The notes: generated from the letters alone by a model not told the origin. 64,000 nt of DNA from Fimbriimonas sp. (GCA_049317025.1 JBMOJD010000002.1:20926-84925), one strand, 5' to 3'. Counted from the first letter of the stretch, positions 40,772 to 49,162 are shown. Numbers and translations: made by a program.

Positions 40772-41790
40772 CTTTGGTGGGCAGGCGGGGCGGTGGAATT
40801 TCGGATAATGAGGCTCGTATCGTAAACCTTGCTCGCGGGCAGATGTTGTGTTTCCACAGCTTCGACGACCGCCTTCAGGGCGTCCTCGCCCATGCGATGA
40901 AGGGGCTGAGCCACAGTGGTGAGGTTGGGGAAGACTTTTAGACAAAGGTGCGTGTCATCAAAGCCAACCACGCTGAGGTCTCCTGGCACCCGAAGGCCGA
41001 TTTCCTGGGCGCCAAGCATGATTGCGAAGGCCAGCTCGTCGTTGGCGCAAAGAAAGGCGGTGGGCCGATTGGGTTCGCGAAGGAGGCGCTTGGCATCCAG
41101 CGAAGCAACGTTGGGGTTGAAATCGCTGTCGACGATCCAATCCGGGTCGATCGGTACGCCATGGTCGGCCATGAAGGCCTCGTAAAGTCGAACGCGCTCG
41201 ACGAGATCCTCGTGCCAGTCGCTGCGGCCAAAAAAGCCGATCTTGCGGTGGCCGAGGTCCCAAAGGTGCTCAAGCGCGGCTTGAGTCCCCTTCACGTTTT
41301 CGCCCAGAAGATTGATCACTTTGCCATCAATCGGAACCGAAATTGAGGCGCACGGCAGGCCCCGGCTGGCCACCTGATGGATGACCTCGCAGCTGTCGGG
41401 CGGGGCAATGAAGATGGCCCCATCCACTCGCCCATCCAAAAGGCTATCCACAAGTTTCTGATCAGTCTTGACGTCAAACCGCGTAAAGAACATGATGTCC
41501 TGCAGGGTCTCTTCGGCGGCATTGACCACACCGTTGAGGCACTCCTGGAAGAAGAGACCAAGGATCATGTTGGCGCTTCGGCGGGGAGGAACGACGCCGA
41601 TGGTGTGGCTCCGGCCCGTGATCAGCGAACGCGCAAGCCGATTTGGCCGGTACTGCAACTCACGGGCCACCTCAAGAACCTTCAGACGCACCTCTTCGGG
41701 CACCGATCTCGGCCCGCCGTTCAAGGCGTAACTCACCGTGCTCACCGAAATGTTCAGTTTTCTAGCGATATCTTTGAGGGTAGCTGCCAT
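40768..41790 (-). CDS. LacI family transcriptional regulator
   Basis: 340 aa. N-terminal HTH ATLKDIARKLNISVSTVSYALNG and a periplasmic-binding-protein-like sugar-binding core. Confidence 0.9.
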   Translation of the reverse strand: MAATLKDIARKLNISVSTVSYALNGGPRSVPEEVRLKVLEVARELQYRPNRLARSLITGRSHTIGVVPPRRSANMILGLFFQECLNGVVNAAEETLQDIMFFTRFDVKTDQKLVDSLLDGRVDGAIFIAPPDSCEVIHQVASRGLPCASISVPIDGKVINLLGENVKGTQAALEHLWDLGHRKIGFFGRSDWHEDLVERVRLYEAFMADHGVPIDPDWIVDSDFNPNVASLDAKRLLREPNRPTAFLCANDELAFAIMLGAQEIGLRVPGDLSVVGFDDTHLCLKVFPNLTTVAQPLHRMGEDALKAVVEAVETQHLPASKVYDTSLIIRNSTAPPAHQS

Positions 41791-41846
41791 TCGAGAACAC
41801 CATTATGGGACATTGTGAGCGATTGTGATGCTTTGTTGAGACGGTT

Positions 41847-41860
41847 TGAAAACGTTTCGA
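41847..41860. promoter_or_regulatory. Candidate LacI-family operator (TGAAAACGTTTCGA, perfect core AAACGTTT)
   Basis: CG-centred palindrome resembling the LacI/CcpA-type consensus TGNAANCGNTTNCA. Lies about 57-70 nt upstream of the lacI-family gene start, in the divergent intergenic region. Confidence 0.35.
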
Positions 41861-42003
41861 GAATTCTAGTGTTCCCGATGCTGCCCGCGAATCCCTGCCA
41901 AAGTTGGGCATCTAGTTGGCAATTCATTAAGGTTCGGGGCCAAAGTTAGGTCACACTGGGCAGAATTTCCCCCAAAGGAAATCGGGATTTGGTTTCGAGC
42001 GGC

Positions 42004-42009
42004 CATAAT
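42004..42009 (+). promoter_or_regulatory. Candidate -10 box CATAAT, exactly 6 nt upstream of GTG 42016 (leaderless-type arrangement)
   Basis: Sequence gccataat-ggctag-GTG with no SD. Confidence 0.4.
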
Positions 42010-42015
42010 GGCTAG

Positions 42016-42492
42016 GTGCAGGAGCGGCCAAGCTGGGATGCCTACTTCATGCAGATTGCCCATCTGGTGAAGACGCGGGCGACTTGTCCTCGTCGGCAAG
42101 TGGGCGCCCTGATCGTTCGCGACAAGCGGATTTTGAGTACGGGCTACAACGGCGCGCCACGTGGCCTGCCCCATTGCCCCGATGAAGGTCCCAACAAAGA
42201 TTGGCCGGAAGGCTGTATGCGCGCCGGCCATTGCATCCGCTCGCTCCACGCCGAGCAGAATGCCCTGCTTCAGGCGGCCATGATTGGGACTCCCTGTGAG
42301 GGTGCGACGGTTTACGTCACCTGCCTGCCCTGCAACATGTGCGCCAAGATGATCATTAACGGCGGAATCGCCCGGGTGATTTACGAGGGTGACTACCCAG
42401 ATCCGTTCTCTTTCGAGCTCTTCCGCGAATCTCGCCTGGAGGTCTTCCGCTTTCGCGAAGGCGAATTGGAACCGCTGGAGGCAATCGTTTGA
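42016..42492 (+). CDS. dCMP deaminase (ComEB-like cytidine/deoxycytidylate deaminase)
   Basis: 158 aa. RPSWDAYFMQIA N-terminus and zinc motifs HAEQNA and CLPCNMC. Confidence 0.88.
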   Translation: MQERPSWDAYFMQIAHLVKTRATCPRRQVGALIVRDKRILSTGYNGAPRGLPHCPDEGPNKDWPEGCMRAGHCIRSLHAEQNALLQAAMIGTPCEGATVYVTCLPCNMCAKMIINGGIARVIYEGDYPDPFSFELFRESRLEVFRFREGELEPLEAIV

Positions 42493-43565
42493 ACCTATGG
42501 GCCGTCGTCGATACGTCGGCGCCCTTAGCTGGTTTTCGTGCGCCTTTGCTCACGGCGGTCGTGGCGATGACGGTCAGTTGGCTGCTCACGCCGGTGGTCA
42601 AGAGTTTTGCGATCCAGAAAGGCGCGGTCGATAACCCCAAGGCGGACGACCGACGCATCCATAAGGAGCCGATTCCGCGCTGGGGCGGCCTTGCCATCTA
42701 CGCTGGGATCGTCGTTTCGCTCTTTGCAATCATGCCGTTTGCCTATCCCCACCGTCCGTTCCCGCTCTATCTTGCGGGGATTCTTGGGATTGGTGGCTTT
42801 CTTGCCGTTGCCGGTGCGCTGGATGACTTGCATGCCTTCAGCGCCAAGATTCAGCTCGCCATTCTGCTTTTCGCTGGCGTCGCTGTGCAGTTCATCGCCG
42901 ATGGCGCGGGCCAGGTCCAGATACAGGGCTTCGGCGCGCTGCTCGGGCCGGGGTCCGGATGGTTTGGCTTAGGCTTGCTGAGTGTGCCGGTCACGGCGAT
43001 CTACATCTTCATCGTGACCAAGACGATGGACACAATCGACGGTGTCGATGGCCTTGCGGCAGGGATTGCCGCTATCGCGGCGGCGACCATCTCAGTCATT
43101 GCCACCACGACGGTCATCCAAACCCCCGCCGCTCGTGCCATCGCCCTTGGCAATGCCTACCAAGAAATGCCCCGGATGGCACTTATCGCCGCGGCAGTCG
43201 CGGGGTCCGCCTTGGGATTCTTGCGGCACAACTATAACCCGGCCAAGATTTTCATGGGCACCGGCGGTGCCTATGTTTTGGGCTTTACGCTCGCATGCCT
43301 CAGCATCGTCGGGGTGATGAAAACGGCTGCGGCGGTCGCGCTGTTCGTCCCGATCTTCGCCTTTGGCGTGCCGATTTTCGACGCCTTCTTCGTGATCACC
43401 CGCCGCATCATGAGCGGCCAGCCGATCACCCAGGCTGACAAGCGTCACGTCCACCACACTCTGCTCAGCCGGGGCCTGAACCAGCGCCAAACGGTCTGGG
43501 TGCTCTACGCCGCCGCGACCGTGCTGTGCGCCGTGCTCTTCTATGTGATCCGAACCTATGCATAA
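42489..43565 (+). CDS. Polyprenyl-phosphate N-acetylhexosamine-1-phosphate transferase (MraY/WecA/TagO family, GT4 Pfam)
   Basis: 358 aa, about 10 TM helices. KEPIPRWGGLAIY and DTIDGVDGLA motifs. TTGA overlap with the upstream gene. Confidence 0.85.
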   Translation: MNLWAVVDTSAPLAGFRAPLLTAVVAMTVSWLLTPVVKSFAIQKGAVDNPKADDRRIHKEPIPRWGGLAIYAGIVVSLFAIMPFAYPHRPFPLYLAGILGIGGFLAVAGALDDLHAFSAKIQLAILLFAGVAVQFIADGAGQVQIQGFGALLGPGSGWFGLGLLSVPVTAIYIFIVTKTMDTIDGVDGLAAGIAAIAAATISVIATTTVIQTPAARAIALGNAYQEMPRMALIAAAVAGSALGFLRHNYNPAKIFMGTGGAYVLGFTLACLSIVGVMKTAAAVALFVPIFAFGVPIFDAFFVITRRIMSGQPITQADKRHVHHTLLSRGLNQRQTVWVLYAAATVLCAVLFYVIRTYA

Positions 43566-44691
43566 GCCTGTGATTTTCTGTGTGGTGGGCACGCGTCCCG
43601 AGGCGATCAAGGTCGCCCCGGTTGTGCGCGAATTGCGGCGCTTCGACCACCTGGTAACCACTCGCCTCGTATCGACAGGCCAGCACAAGGAGATCCTCCT
43701 CCAAGCCCTTGCCACTTTCGGCCTCGCGCCGGATGACGACCTGGGAATCATGAAGCAGGGCCAATCGCTCGCGGGCGTCACCTGCGCCGCGCTCGAAGGG
43801 CTCGACCGACTCATGGAGCGCGATCAGCCTGCCGTGGTTCTCGGACAAGGCGACACGACCACCGCATTCTGTGCTGCCCTCGGCGCGTTCTATCGCCGGA
43901 TACCTTTTGGCCACATCGAGGCGGGCCTCCGCACCACGACCATAGACAATCCTTTCCCCGAGGAGTTCAATCGGCGTGCGGCTGGGCTTGTGGCCAGTCT
44001 CCATTTCCCCCCGACAGTTTGGGCCCGCGACAACCTGCTCGCCGAAGGCAAGGACCCAGGCCGGATCATCGTCACCGGCAACACGGGCATCGACGCCGTG
44101 CTCTCCGCCGCCCAAACCGAAGGAGAGCCCTGGTTCCCCGAGATCGACGGCCGCATTATTCTGCTCACCACTCACCGACGAGAGAACTGGGGCGAACCCC
44201 AGCGGCAGATCGTCCGGGCGGCCCGCGCCGTCCTCGACCGTTTTGTGGACACAACGTTGATCGTCCCCATGCATCCGAACCCCAACGTCCGCGAAACCCT
44301 GCAAAATGGTCTCGCCGATCATCCTCGGGTGCGTCTCATTGAGCCGCCCGAATATGCTCGATTTGTAAAACTTATGCAAAGATCCACGCTCATTCTCTCC
44401 GATTCTGGCGGTGTCCAGGAAGAAGCCCCCGCCTTTGGCTTGCCTGTGCTCGTCCTTCGCGATACAACCGAGCGGCCTGAAGGTGTCACCGCCGGTACCG
44501 CCCGATTGGTCGGAACGGATGCGGCGAAGATCGAGGCGGCGGCGACTGAACTGCTGGGGAACCCTGAAGCCTATAAGGCCATGGCGAACGCAGTCAGCCC
44601 CTACGGCGACGGCAAGGCCTCGCAACGCATTCGCTTTTCCTTGCTCCGCGACCTTGGAATTGAAACTGAGGAGGCCCTAGCATGGGCGTAA
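43558..44691 (+). CDS. wecB: UDP-N-acetylglucosamine 2-epimerase (non-hydrolysing)
   Basis: 377 aa. VVGTRPEAIKVAPV N-terminus and DSGGVQEEAP motif. Confidence 0.92.
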   Translation: MHKPVIFCVVGTRPEAIKVAPVVRELRRFDHLVTTRLVSTGQHKEILLQALATFGLAPDDDLGIMKQGQSLAGVTCAALEGLDRLMERDQPAVVLGQGDTTTAFCAALGAFYRRIPFGHIEAGLRTTTIDNPFPEEFNRRAAGLVASLHFPPTVWARDNLLAEGKDPGRIIVTGNTGIDAVLSAAQTEGEPWFPEIDGRIILLTTHRRENWGEPQRQIVRAARAVLDRFVDTTLIVPMHPNPNVRETLQNGLADHPRVRLIEPPEYARFVKLMQRSTLILSDSGGVQEEAPAFGLPVLVLRDTTERPEGVTAGTARLVGTDAAKIEAAATELLGNPEAYKAMANAVSPYGDGKASQRIRFSLLRDLGIETEEALAWA

Positions 44692-45554
44692 TCGAAGCAA
44701 TTCTCTATGGCATCGTGCAGGGCCTGACCGAGTGGCTACCCATTAGCAGCACTGCCCACCTGCGCATCCTCCCCGCGCTGCTCAATCAGCCCGACCCTGG
44801 CTCGGCTTTTACGGCCGTCATCCAGCTCGGCACGACCTTGGCGGTACTGATTTACTTCGGCAAAGACCTCGGGGCCGCGATCTCGGCCTGGGCGCGCAGC
44901 TTTCGAGGCAAGACCAACTCGCCGGAGGAGCGAATCGGCTGGGCCGTTTTCTGGGGTTCGTTCCCGATCGTGCTTATCGGGTTTGCGCTCCGCAAGGTGA
45001 TCTCCAGTCCCGATGTCCGCTCGCTGTACGTCATCTCGGGAACCCTGATCGTGATGGGCATCATTATGCTGATCGCTGAGCGCGTCGGGACGCAAAAGCG
45101 AGGGGCGGAAGAAATCACGGTCAAAGATGGCATCGTGGTTGGCCTATGGCAGGCGCTCGCGCTCGTCCCCGGCATGAGCCGGAGTGGTTCCACCATCTCC
45201 GGTGCGCTTTTTGCAGGCTTGGAGCGAAGCACTGCGGCAAGGTTCTCGTTCTTGCTTTCGGTTCCCAGTGTGTTGGCCGCTGGCCTCTTCGAGTTGATCG
45301 AGAATCGCCACGAGATTCTTGGCCAGCAGTTGGGTCCCGTGCTCATCGCCACGGCGGTCTCGTTCGTAGTCGGCTATGCGTCGATTGCCTTCCTGCTAAA
45401 ATTCATCCAGAAGAATGGCTTCTCGGCGTTCGTGGTCTATCGCATCGTCCTAGGCATCGTATTGCTTGTCCTCATCTCGCAGGGGATCGTCAAGCCAACC
45501 GAGGCTGCGCCTTCACCTCCCGAGGTGGCCCAAAGTGTTTCGACGACCCTCTAA
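44682..45554 (+). CDS. uppP: Undecaprenyl-diphosphate phosphatase
   Basis: 290 aa. GLTEWLPISSTAHL and PGMSRSGSTISG motifs of BacA/UppP. Confidence 0.92.
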   Translation: MGVIEAILYGIVQGLTEWLPISSTAHLRILPALLNQPDPGSAFTAVIQLGTTLAVLIYFGKDLGAAISAWARSFRGKTNSPEERIGWAVFWGSFPIVLIGFALRKVISSPDVRSLYVISGTLIVMGIIMLIAERVGTQKRGAEEITVKDGIVVGLWQALALVPGMSRSGSTISGALFAGLERSTAARFSFLLSVPSVLAAGLFELIENRHEILGQQLGPVLIATAVSFVVGYASIAFLLKFIQKNGFSAFVVYRIVLGIVLLVLISQGIVKPTEAAPSPPEVAQSVSTTL

Positions 45555-46137
45555 ACCCGCAACAACCGTCGAATGGGTGATCGTGGGGCTGGGGAATCCC
45601 GGCCCCGCCTACCGTGGAACGCGGCACAATGTCGGGTTCGACACCATCGATTTCCTCGCCGAGCGCCACAAGATCAAGGTGACCTCAGGCAAGCATCAGG
45701 CGCTAATTGGCACTGGTGAAATCGATGGTACGGGGGTATGCCTCGCCAAGCCGCTGACCTTCATGAACCTGAGCGGGCAATCAGTCGCGCCCCTCCTCAA
45801 GACATACTCGCTGGGTGTGGATCGCCTCATCGTGATCGCCGACGACCTAGACCTGCACGTCGGCCGCGTCCGGATGAAGCCGAAGGGAAGCGCGGGCGGG
45901 CACAACGGCCACAAGAGCCTGATCGCCCTGCTTGGAACCCAAGATTACGCCCGCATCAAGATCGGCATCGGCTCCGTGGGTAAAGAGAAAACCATCGACC
46001 ACGTGCTTGGGTCCTTCAACCCCGAGGAAAAGAGCCAGATCCAAGAGGCCGTGAAGCGAGCGGCCTACGGAGTGGAGGCTGTCCTAGCCCGCGGAGTCGA
46101 AGCCGCCCTCAGCTTGGTGAACGAAGGCCAACCCTAG
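45535..46137 (+). CDS. pth: Peptidyl-tRNA hydrolase
   Basis: VGLGNPG and TRHNVGF motifs. The track start at 45466 lies well inside uppP. The in-frame GTG at 45535 gives about 200 aa. The start is uncertain. Confidence 0.88.
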   Translation: MFRRPSKPATTVEWVIVGLGNPGPAYRGTRHNVGFDTIDFLAERHKIKVTSGKHQALIGTGEIDGTGVCLAKPLTFMNLSGQSVAPLLKTYSLGVDRLIVIADDLDLHVGRVRMKPKGSAGGHNGHKSLIALLGTQDYARIKIGIGSVGKEKTIDHVLGSFNPEEKSQIQEAVKRAAYGVEAVLARGVEAALSLVNEGQP

Positions 46138-46502
46138 TGCAGGAAGAGCGCGGGGCCGCGTTCGACGAACGTGTGCTGGGTGTTCATGAGGTGGATCGGG
46201 CCAAGCTCATGCTCCCAGACCGACCGGTTGGAACCCATGTAGGCATAGTAGACCAGCGCGCCGTCCTTGCCGCGCACGAAGCGACCTTCGCCGCAACCTG
46301 AGAAGAGCACGACGAACATTCCAGGCAGAATTGTGACTTCGTCACCAAACGCGTGAGCGGCTCCCGTGTCTCGGCAGGAAATCGCGAGGTCACTCATGAC
46401 GAGGTGCCCGCGCAGCTGGACGCGCATGGAACCCTGATTCTGCAGAAGCAGAAACTCGCGGGCGGGCATATTCTCTCGCTGGACCCCGACAATGCGTAGC
46501 AT
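46134..46502 (-). CDS. Small cytoplasmic lamin-tail-domain (LTD)-like protein
   Basis: The internal ATG (MLRIVGVQRENMPAREFLLLQNQGSMRVQLRGHLV...ILPGMFVVLFSG) gives 122 aa. The pattern resembles LTD (EFVELxNxGxxxVxLxGW...LxPGxxxVV). There is no signal peptide. The track ORF extension to 46610 overlaps the MarR gene. Confidence 0.45.
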   Translation of the reverse strand: MLRIVGVQRENMPAREFLLLQNQGSMRVQLRGHLVMSDLAISCRDTGAAHAFGDEVTILPGMFVVLFSGCGEGRFVRGKDGALVYYAYMGSNRSVWEHELGPIHLMNTQHTFVERGPALFLH

Positions 46503-46531
46503 GGCACGACCGTACGTACATAAATAACGGA

Positions 46532-47050
46532 TTAGGAGGCCAAATGGGAGCGAGAATTCGCTAAGGATCTTGCGAGATTTCGATTGACCGATTGCAGTAC
46601 CCGCCTGCATTGGGCGAGGTCGGCCGCAGGCACCGAAGTGATCATCTCTTGCTCCACTTCTTCGACTCGGGCGACCACGGCCCGGAGGGCAACACGCCCC
46701 TGTTCCGTGACGTGCAGGGTCTTCCGGCGGGCATCGATGGGTGAGGGCACTTGCTCAATCCAACCACGTTCACGGGAAATCCGGACCAACTCGGTGAGGG
46801 TCGGCGGCGAGACCCCAAGTCGTTGCGCAATCAAGCCATGCGTCGGGTTCGGACCGGCAGCGTCAATAGTACTGATCAGTTCGAAGGCAGATTCCGTGAG
46901 CCCAAACTCGGCCAATGTTGGCGCGATCGAAGCGGAAACGAGCTCTAGGAGCACGCCCGCTTGCCCGGCCAGACTGTCGGCGAGTAGATGCACGCCTTCA
47001 GTATCGCGCTTTTTGTCGCGGAACGGGGAATAACCGGTGAATTCTCTCAT
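46532..47050 (-). CDS. MarR family transcriptional regulator
   Basis: Winged-HTH region HGLIAQRLGVSPPTLTELVRISRERGWIEQVPSPIDARRKTLHVTEQG. The start is set at internal ATG 47050 (MREFTGY) because the track start at 47194 overlaps the divergent gene. Confidence 0.85.
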   Translation of the reverse strand: MREFTGYSPFRDKKRDTEGVHLLADSLAGQAGVLLELVSASIAPTLAEFGLTESAFELISTIDAAGPNPTHGLIAQRLGVSPPTLTELVRISRERGWIEQVPSPIDARRKTLHVTEQGRVALRAVVARVEEVEQEMITSVPAADLAQCRRVLQSVNRNLARSLANSRSHLAS

Positions 47051-47106
47051 CCAACGCGCGATGAGGTCACCTTTCTTAACGCTCTGTTGACAATTCTTCG
47101 GCCTGG

Positions 47107-47129
47107 GAACTTGGATTGAGAACTTGGAT
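47107..47129. repeat. Tandem 10-bp direct repeat GAACTTGGAT-tga-GAACTTGGAT abutting a -10-like box (operator candidate)
   Basis: Read directly from the sequence. The copies are at 47107-47116 and 47120-47129 (13-bp period), in the MarR/DUF1080 divergent intergenic region. Confidence 0.45.
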
Positions 47130-47134
47130 AGAAT
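47129..47134 (+). promoter_or_regulatory. Candidate -10 box TAGAAT, exactly 6 nt upstream of ATG 47141 (leaderless-type arrangement)
   Basis: Sequence gatagaat-cggatc-ATG with no SD. Confidence 0.4.
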
Positions 47135-47140
47135 CGGATC

Positions 47141-47824
47141 ATGATTGGCAACGTCGCTGTCCTTTTCGCCCTGGCACCCTCGATCGGCTTTCAAACTGCC
47201 CCCGCCAAGCCGGTGTCACTGTTCAACGGGAAGGACCTTTCGGGCTGGTCGATGGACGTGCCTGACCTGGACAACCACCCCGAGCGCGTCAAGCCATTTT
47301 TGGTGCGAAATGGATTGTTGGTCAGCCTGGGAACCCCCGGTGGCCACCTGCTGACCGATGGCGAGTACGAAAACTACCGCCTGACGGTCGAGTATCGCTT
47401 TGCAGGCAAGCCGGGTAACTGTGGTGTGCTCGTGTTTGCCTCCAAGTTGCGCCGGCTCTACGGCATGTTCCCGCAGTCCGTCGAAGTGCAGATGCAGAGC
47501 GGCGATGCGGGCGATTTCTGGTGCATTGGCGAGGATATCGAGGTTCCCGACATGTTGAAGAGGCGCGGCCCGAAGGAGAAGTGGGGCGTCGACGGCGACT
47601 GGAACCGTCGAATCCTCAACCTCACGGATGGCTCGGAGTATGCCCCCGGTGAGTGGAACACGATGATCATCGAGTGCCGCAAGAACACCGTGAAAGTCTG
47701 GGTCAACAAGGACCTCGTGAACTACGGCACCAACGCGACGGCACAGAAGGGGAAGATTGCCCTCCAAGCCGAAGGATCAGAGGTCGAGTTTCGTAAGCTC
47801 TGGCTTGAACCACTGAAGAAGTAA
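47141..47824 (+). CDS. DUF1080 (3-keto-disaccharide hydrolase-like, LamG/jelly-roll) exported protein
   Basis: 227 aa. LFNGKDLSGW, YENYRLTVEYRF, WNTMIIECRKNTVKVWVN and GKIALQAEGSEVEFRKLWL are hallmark DUF1080 segments. Confidence 0.8.
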   Translation: MIGNVAVLFALAPSIGFQTAPAKPVSLFNGKDLSGWSMDVPDLDNHPERVKPFLVRNGLLVSLGTPGGHLLTDGEYENYRLTVEYRFAGKPGNCGVLVFASKLRRLYGMFPQSVEVQMQSGDAGDFWCIGEDIEVPDMLKRRGPKEKWGVDGDWNRRILNLTDGSEYAPGEWNTMIIECRKNTVKVWVNKDLVNYGTNATAQKGKIALQAEGSEVEFRKLWLEPLKK

Positions 47825-47850
47825 CCAGAAGGTCCCGTTGTCATGTCGCC

Positions 47851-48483
47851 GTGGTGTACGATGTTTCGAACATGCACTCACGCCACCTCTCGGCCGAAGA
47901 GATGACGGCCTTACTTCAACGCGCCCAAGAGATTGATGCCGGGCGCCTGGGGACGGTCGAGGGTGCTTCGGAGACGGAATCCTTCGTGCGGGCGGCGGAA
48001 GAGGCGGGCATCAGCCGTGAGGCCATCACCCAGGCCATGCGCGAGCGCCTCCAACCCACGATCAGTGATCTGCAAACAGGGGAGCGGGTCTTCGCCAAAT
48101 CTGCCGATGGCGCGTTCTATGTTGCCTTGGTCTCCAAAGTGGATGGCCCGATTGCGAAAGTGCGGTTCCTGAACGGGGGCGACCATGAGATCGCCACGGC
48201 GGACTTGCGGCCGTTTTCGCTGCTCCCGGGAATGCAAGTGGAGGCGAAGTGGCCTATGTGGGGCTGGTACAGCGTCAAGGTAGAGAGGTTCGACCCGATT
48301 GCATTGACCGTAACCCTGACCGATGGCATGACCACATGCCAACTAGCCCTCACTGAGGTTCGGCTTCCGATCGAGAAGACCAAGGCAGAACTCACAACGC
48401 AGGCGCTCCTCTGGCGCATTGGTCTCCTGGCGGCGGGCGGCGGAACCATCTTGGGATTCCTAATTTCCCGCATCACCAATTGA
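47851..48483 (+). CDS. Hypothetical tail-anchored protein with two Tudor/Agenet-like modules
   Basis: 210 aa (GTG start, alternative ATG at 47872). GERVFAKSADGAFYVALVSKVDG..VRFLNGG and PGMQVEAKWPMWGWYSVKVERFD resemble Tudor-like barrels. Single C-terminal TM LLWRIGLLAAGGGTILGFLI. Confidence 0.4.
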   Translation: MVYDVSNMHSRHLSAEEMTALLQRAQEIDAGRLGTVEGASETESFVRAAEEAGISREAITQAMRERLQPTISDLQTGERVFAKSADGAFYVALVSKVDGPIAKVRFLNGGDHEIATADLRPFSLLPGMQVEAKWPMWGWYSVKVERFDPIALTVTLTDGMTTCQLALTEVRLPIEKTKAELTTQALLWRIGLLAAGGGTILGFLISRITN

Positions 48484-48485
48484 GA

Positions 48486-49001
48486 CTATCTGCGGCTGAA
48501 AATGGTTTCGATGTAGCGGTCGCATGAGGTCTCGAGGTCGATCTCCTCAAGCCCAGCGCCGAATTCGATGAACGGCGGGACCCACTCCATGCGGCAGAAA
48601 CGGGCCGTGCCTTGCAACGGCTTCAGAAAGTCCTCGACGTGGTAAAGCCGATTGGAGTCGGGGCCGTACTCGTGCGCGGGCGCACCGACCGAGACTGCCT
48701 CCAACCACTCCTTGCCCGACAACCGGTCGGGTCCGCCGTAGGCCCAACCAAAGGTCAAGACCTCATCCAGCCACTTCTTCATGAGCCACGGCGCTGAGTA
48801 CCAGTGGAACGGATGCTGAAACACCAAGCGAGTCGCTTCCTCACAAGCCGCCTGCTCCGCGGCGACGTCAATCTGGCCGTTGGGATAGAGGGAGTAGAGG
48901 TCCCGCACAGTGCAACCGGCCTCACGGGCTCGGTTGGCCCAAGCGGCTCCCATGCGTGATCCCGCCAATCCGGGGTGAAAAACGAGGACGAGAGGTATCA
49001 C
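48486..49001 (-). CDS. NAD(P)H dehydrogenase (quinone), Flavodoxin_2 family (KefF/MdaB-like)
   Basis: 171 aa. VFQHPFHWYSAPWLMKKWLDEVLTFGWAYG is typical of this family. Confidence 0.8.
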   Translation of the reverse strand: MIPLVLVFHPGLAGSRMGAAWANRAREAGCTVRDLYSLYPNGQIDVAAEQAACEEATRLVFQHPFHWYSAPWLMKKWLDEVLTFGWAYGGPDRLSGKEWLEAVSVGAPAHEYGPDSNRLYHVEDFLKPLQGTARFCRMEWVPPFIEFGAGLEEIDLETSCDRYIETIFSRR

Positions 49002-49054
49002 CGCCTGATGATATCCGTTCCTGGGCGGATTGGGCTCGTTACGAGCGGGGAAGT

Positions 49055-49128
49055 TGGCTGCCCGACATGGATTCGAACCACGATTAACAGGGTCAGAACC
49101 TGTCGTCCTACCCTTAGACGATCGGGCA
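49055..49128 (-). tRNA. tRNA-Gln (anticodon CUG)
   Basis: Hand-folded 74-nt cloverleaf. Acceptor TGCCCGA/TCGGGCA (U1-A72), D arm GTCT/GGAC, anticodon arm ACAGG-TTCTGAC-CCTGT, T arm CGTGG-TTCGAAT-CCATG, discriminator G, and an encoded CCA. Confidence 0.92.
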
Positions 49129-49162
49129 AAGCCACCAAGATAATACCCTGCCGAGCCGCTCG

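Noticed and set aside
41965-41983. Hairpin ATTTCC-cccaaa-GGAAAT followed by a T-rich stretch in the leader of the dCMP deaminase operon (possible attenuator).
   Set aside because: The stem is only 6 bp with a 6-nt loop and a weak U-tract. It also lies upstream of the candidate -10 box at 42004, so it may not be transcribed with the operon.
49002-49162. tRNA-Gln as a genomic-island or prophage attachment site.
   Set aside because: There is no integrase, no repeat of the tRNA 3' end, and no mobile genes on either side. The flanking genes are ordinary metabolic genes.
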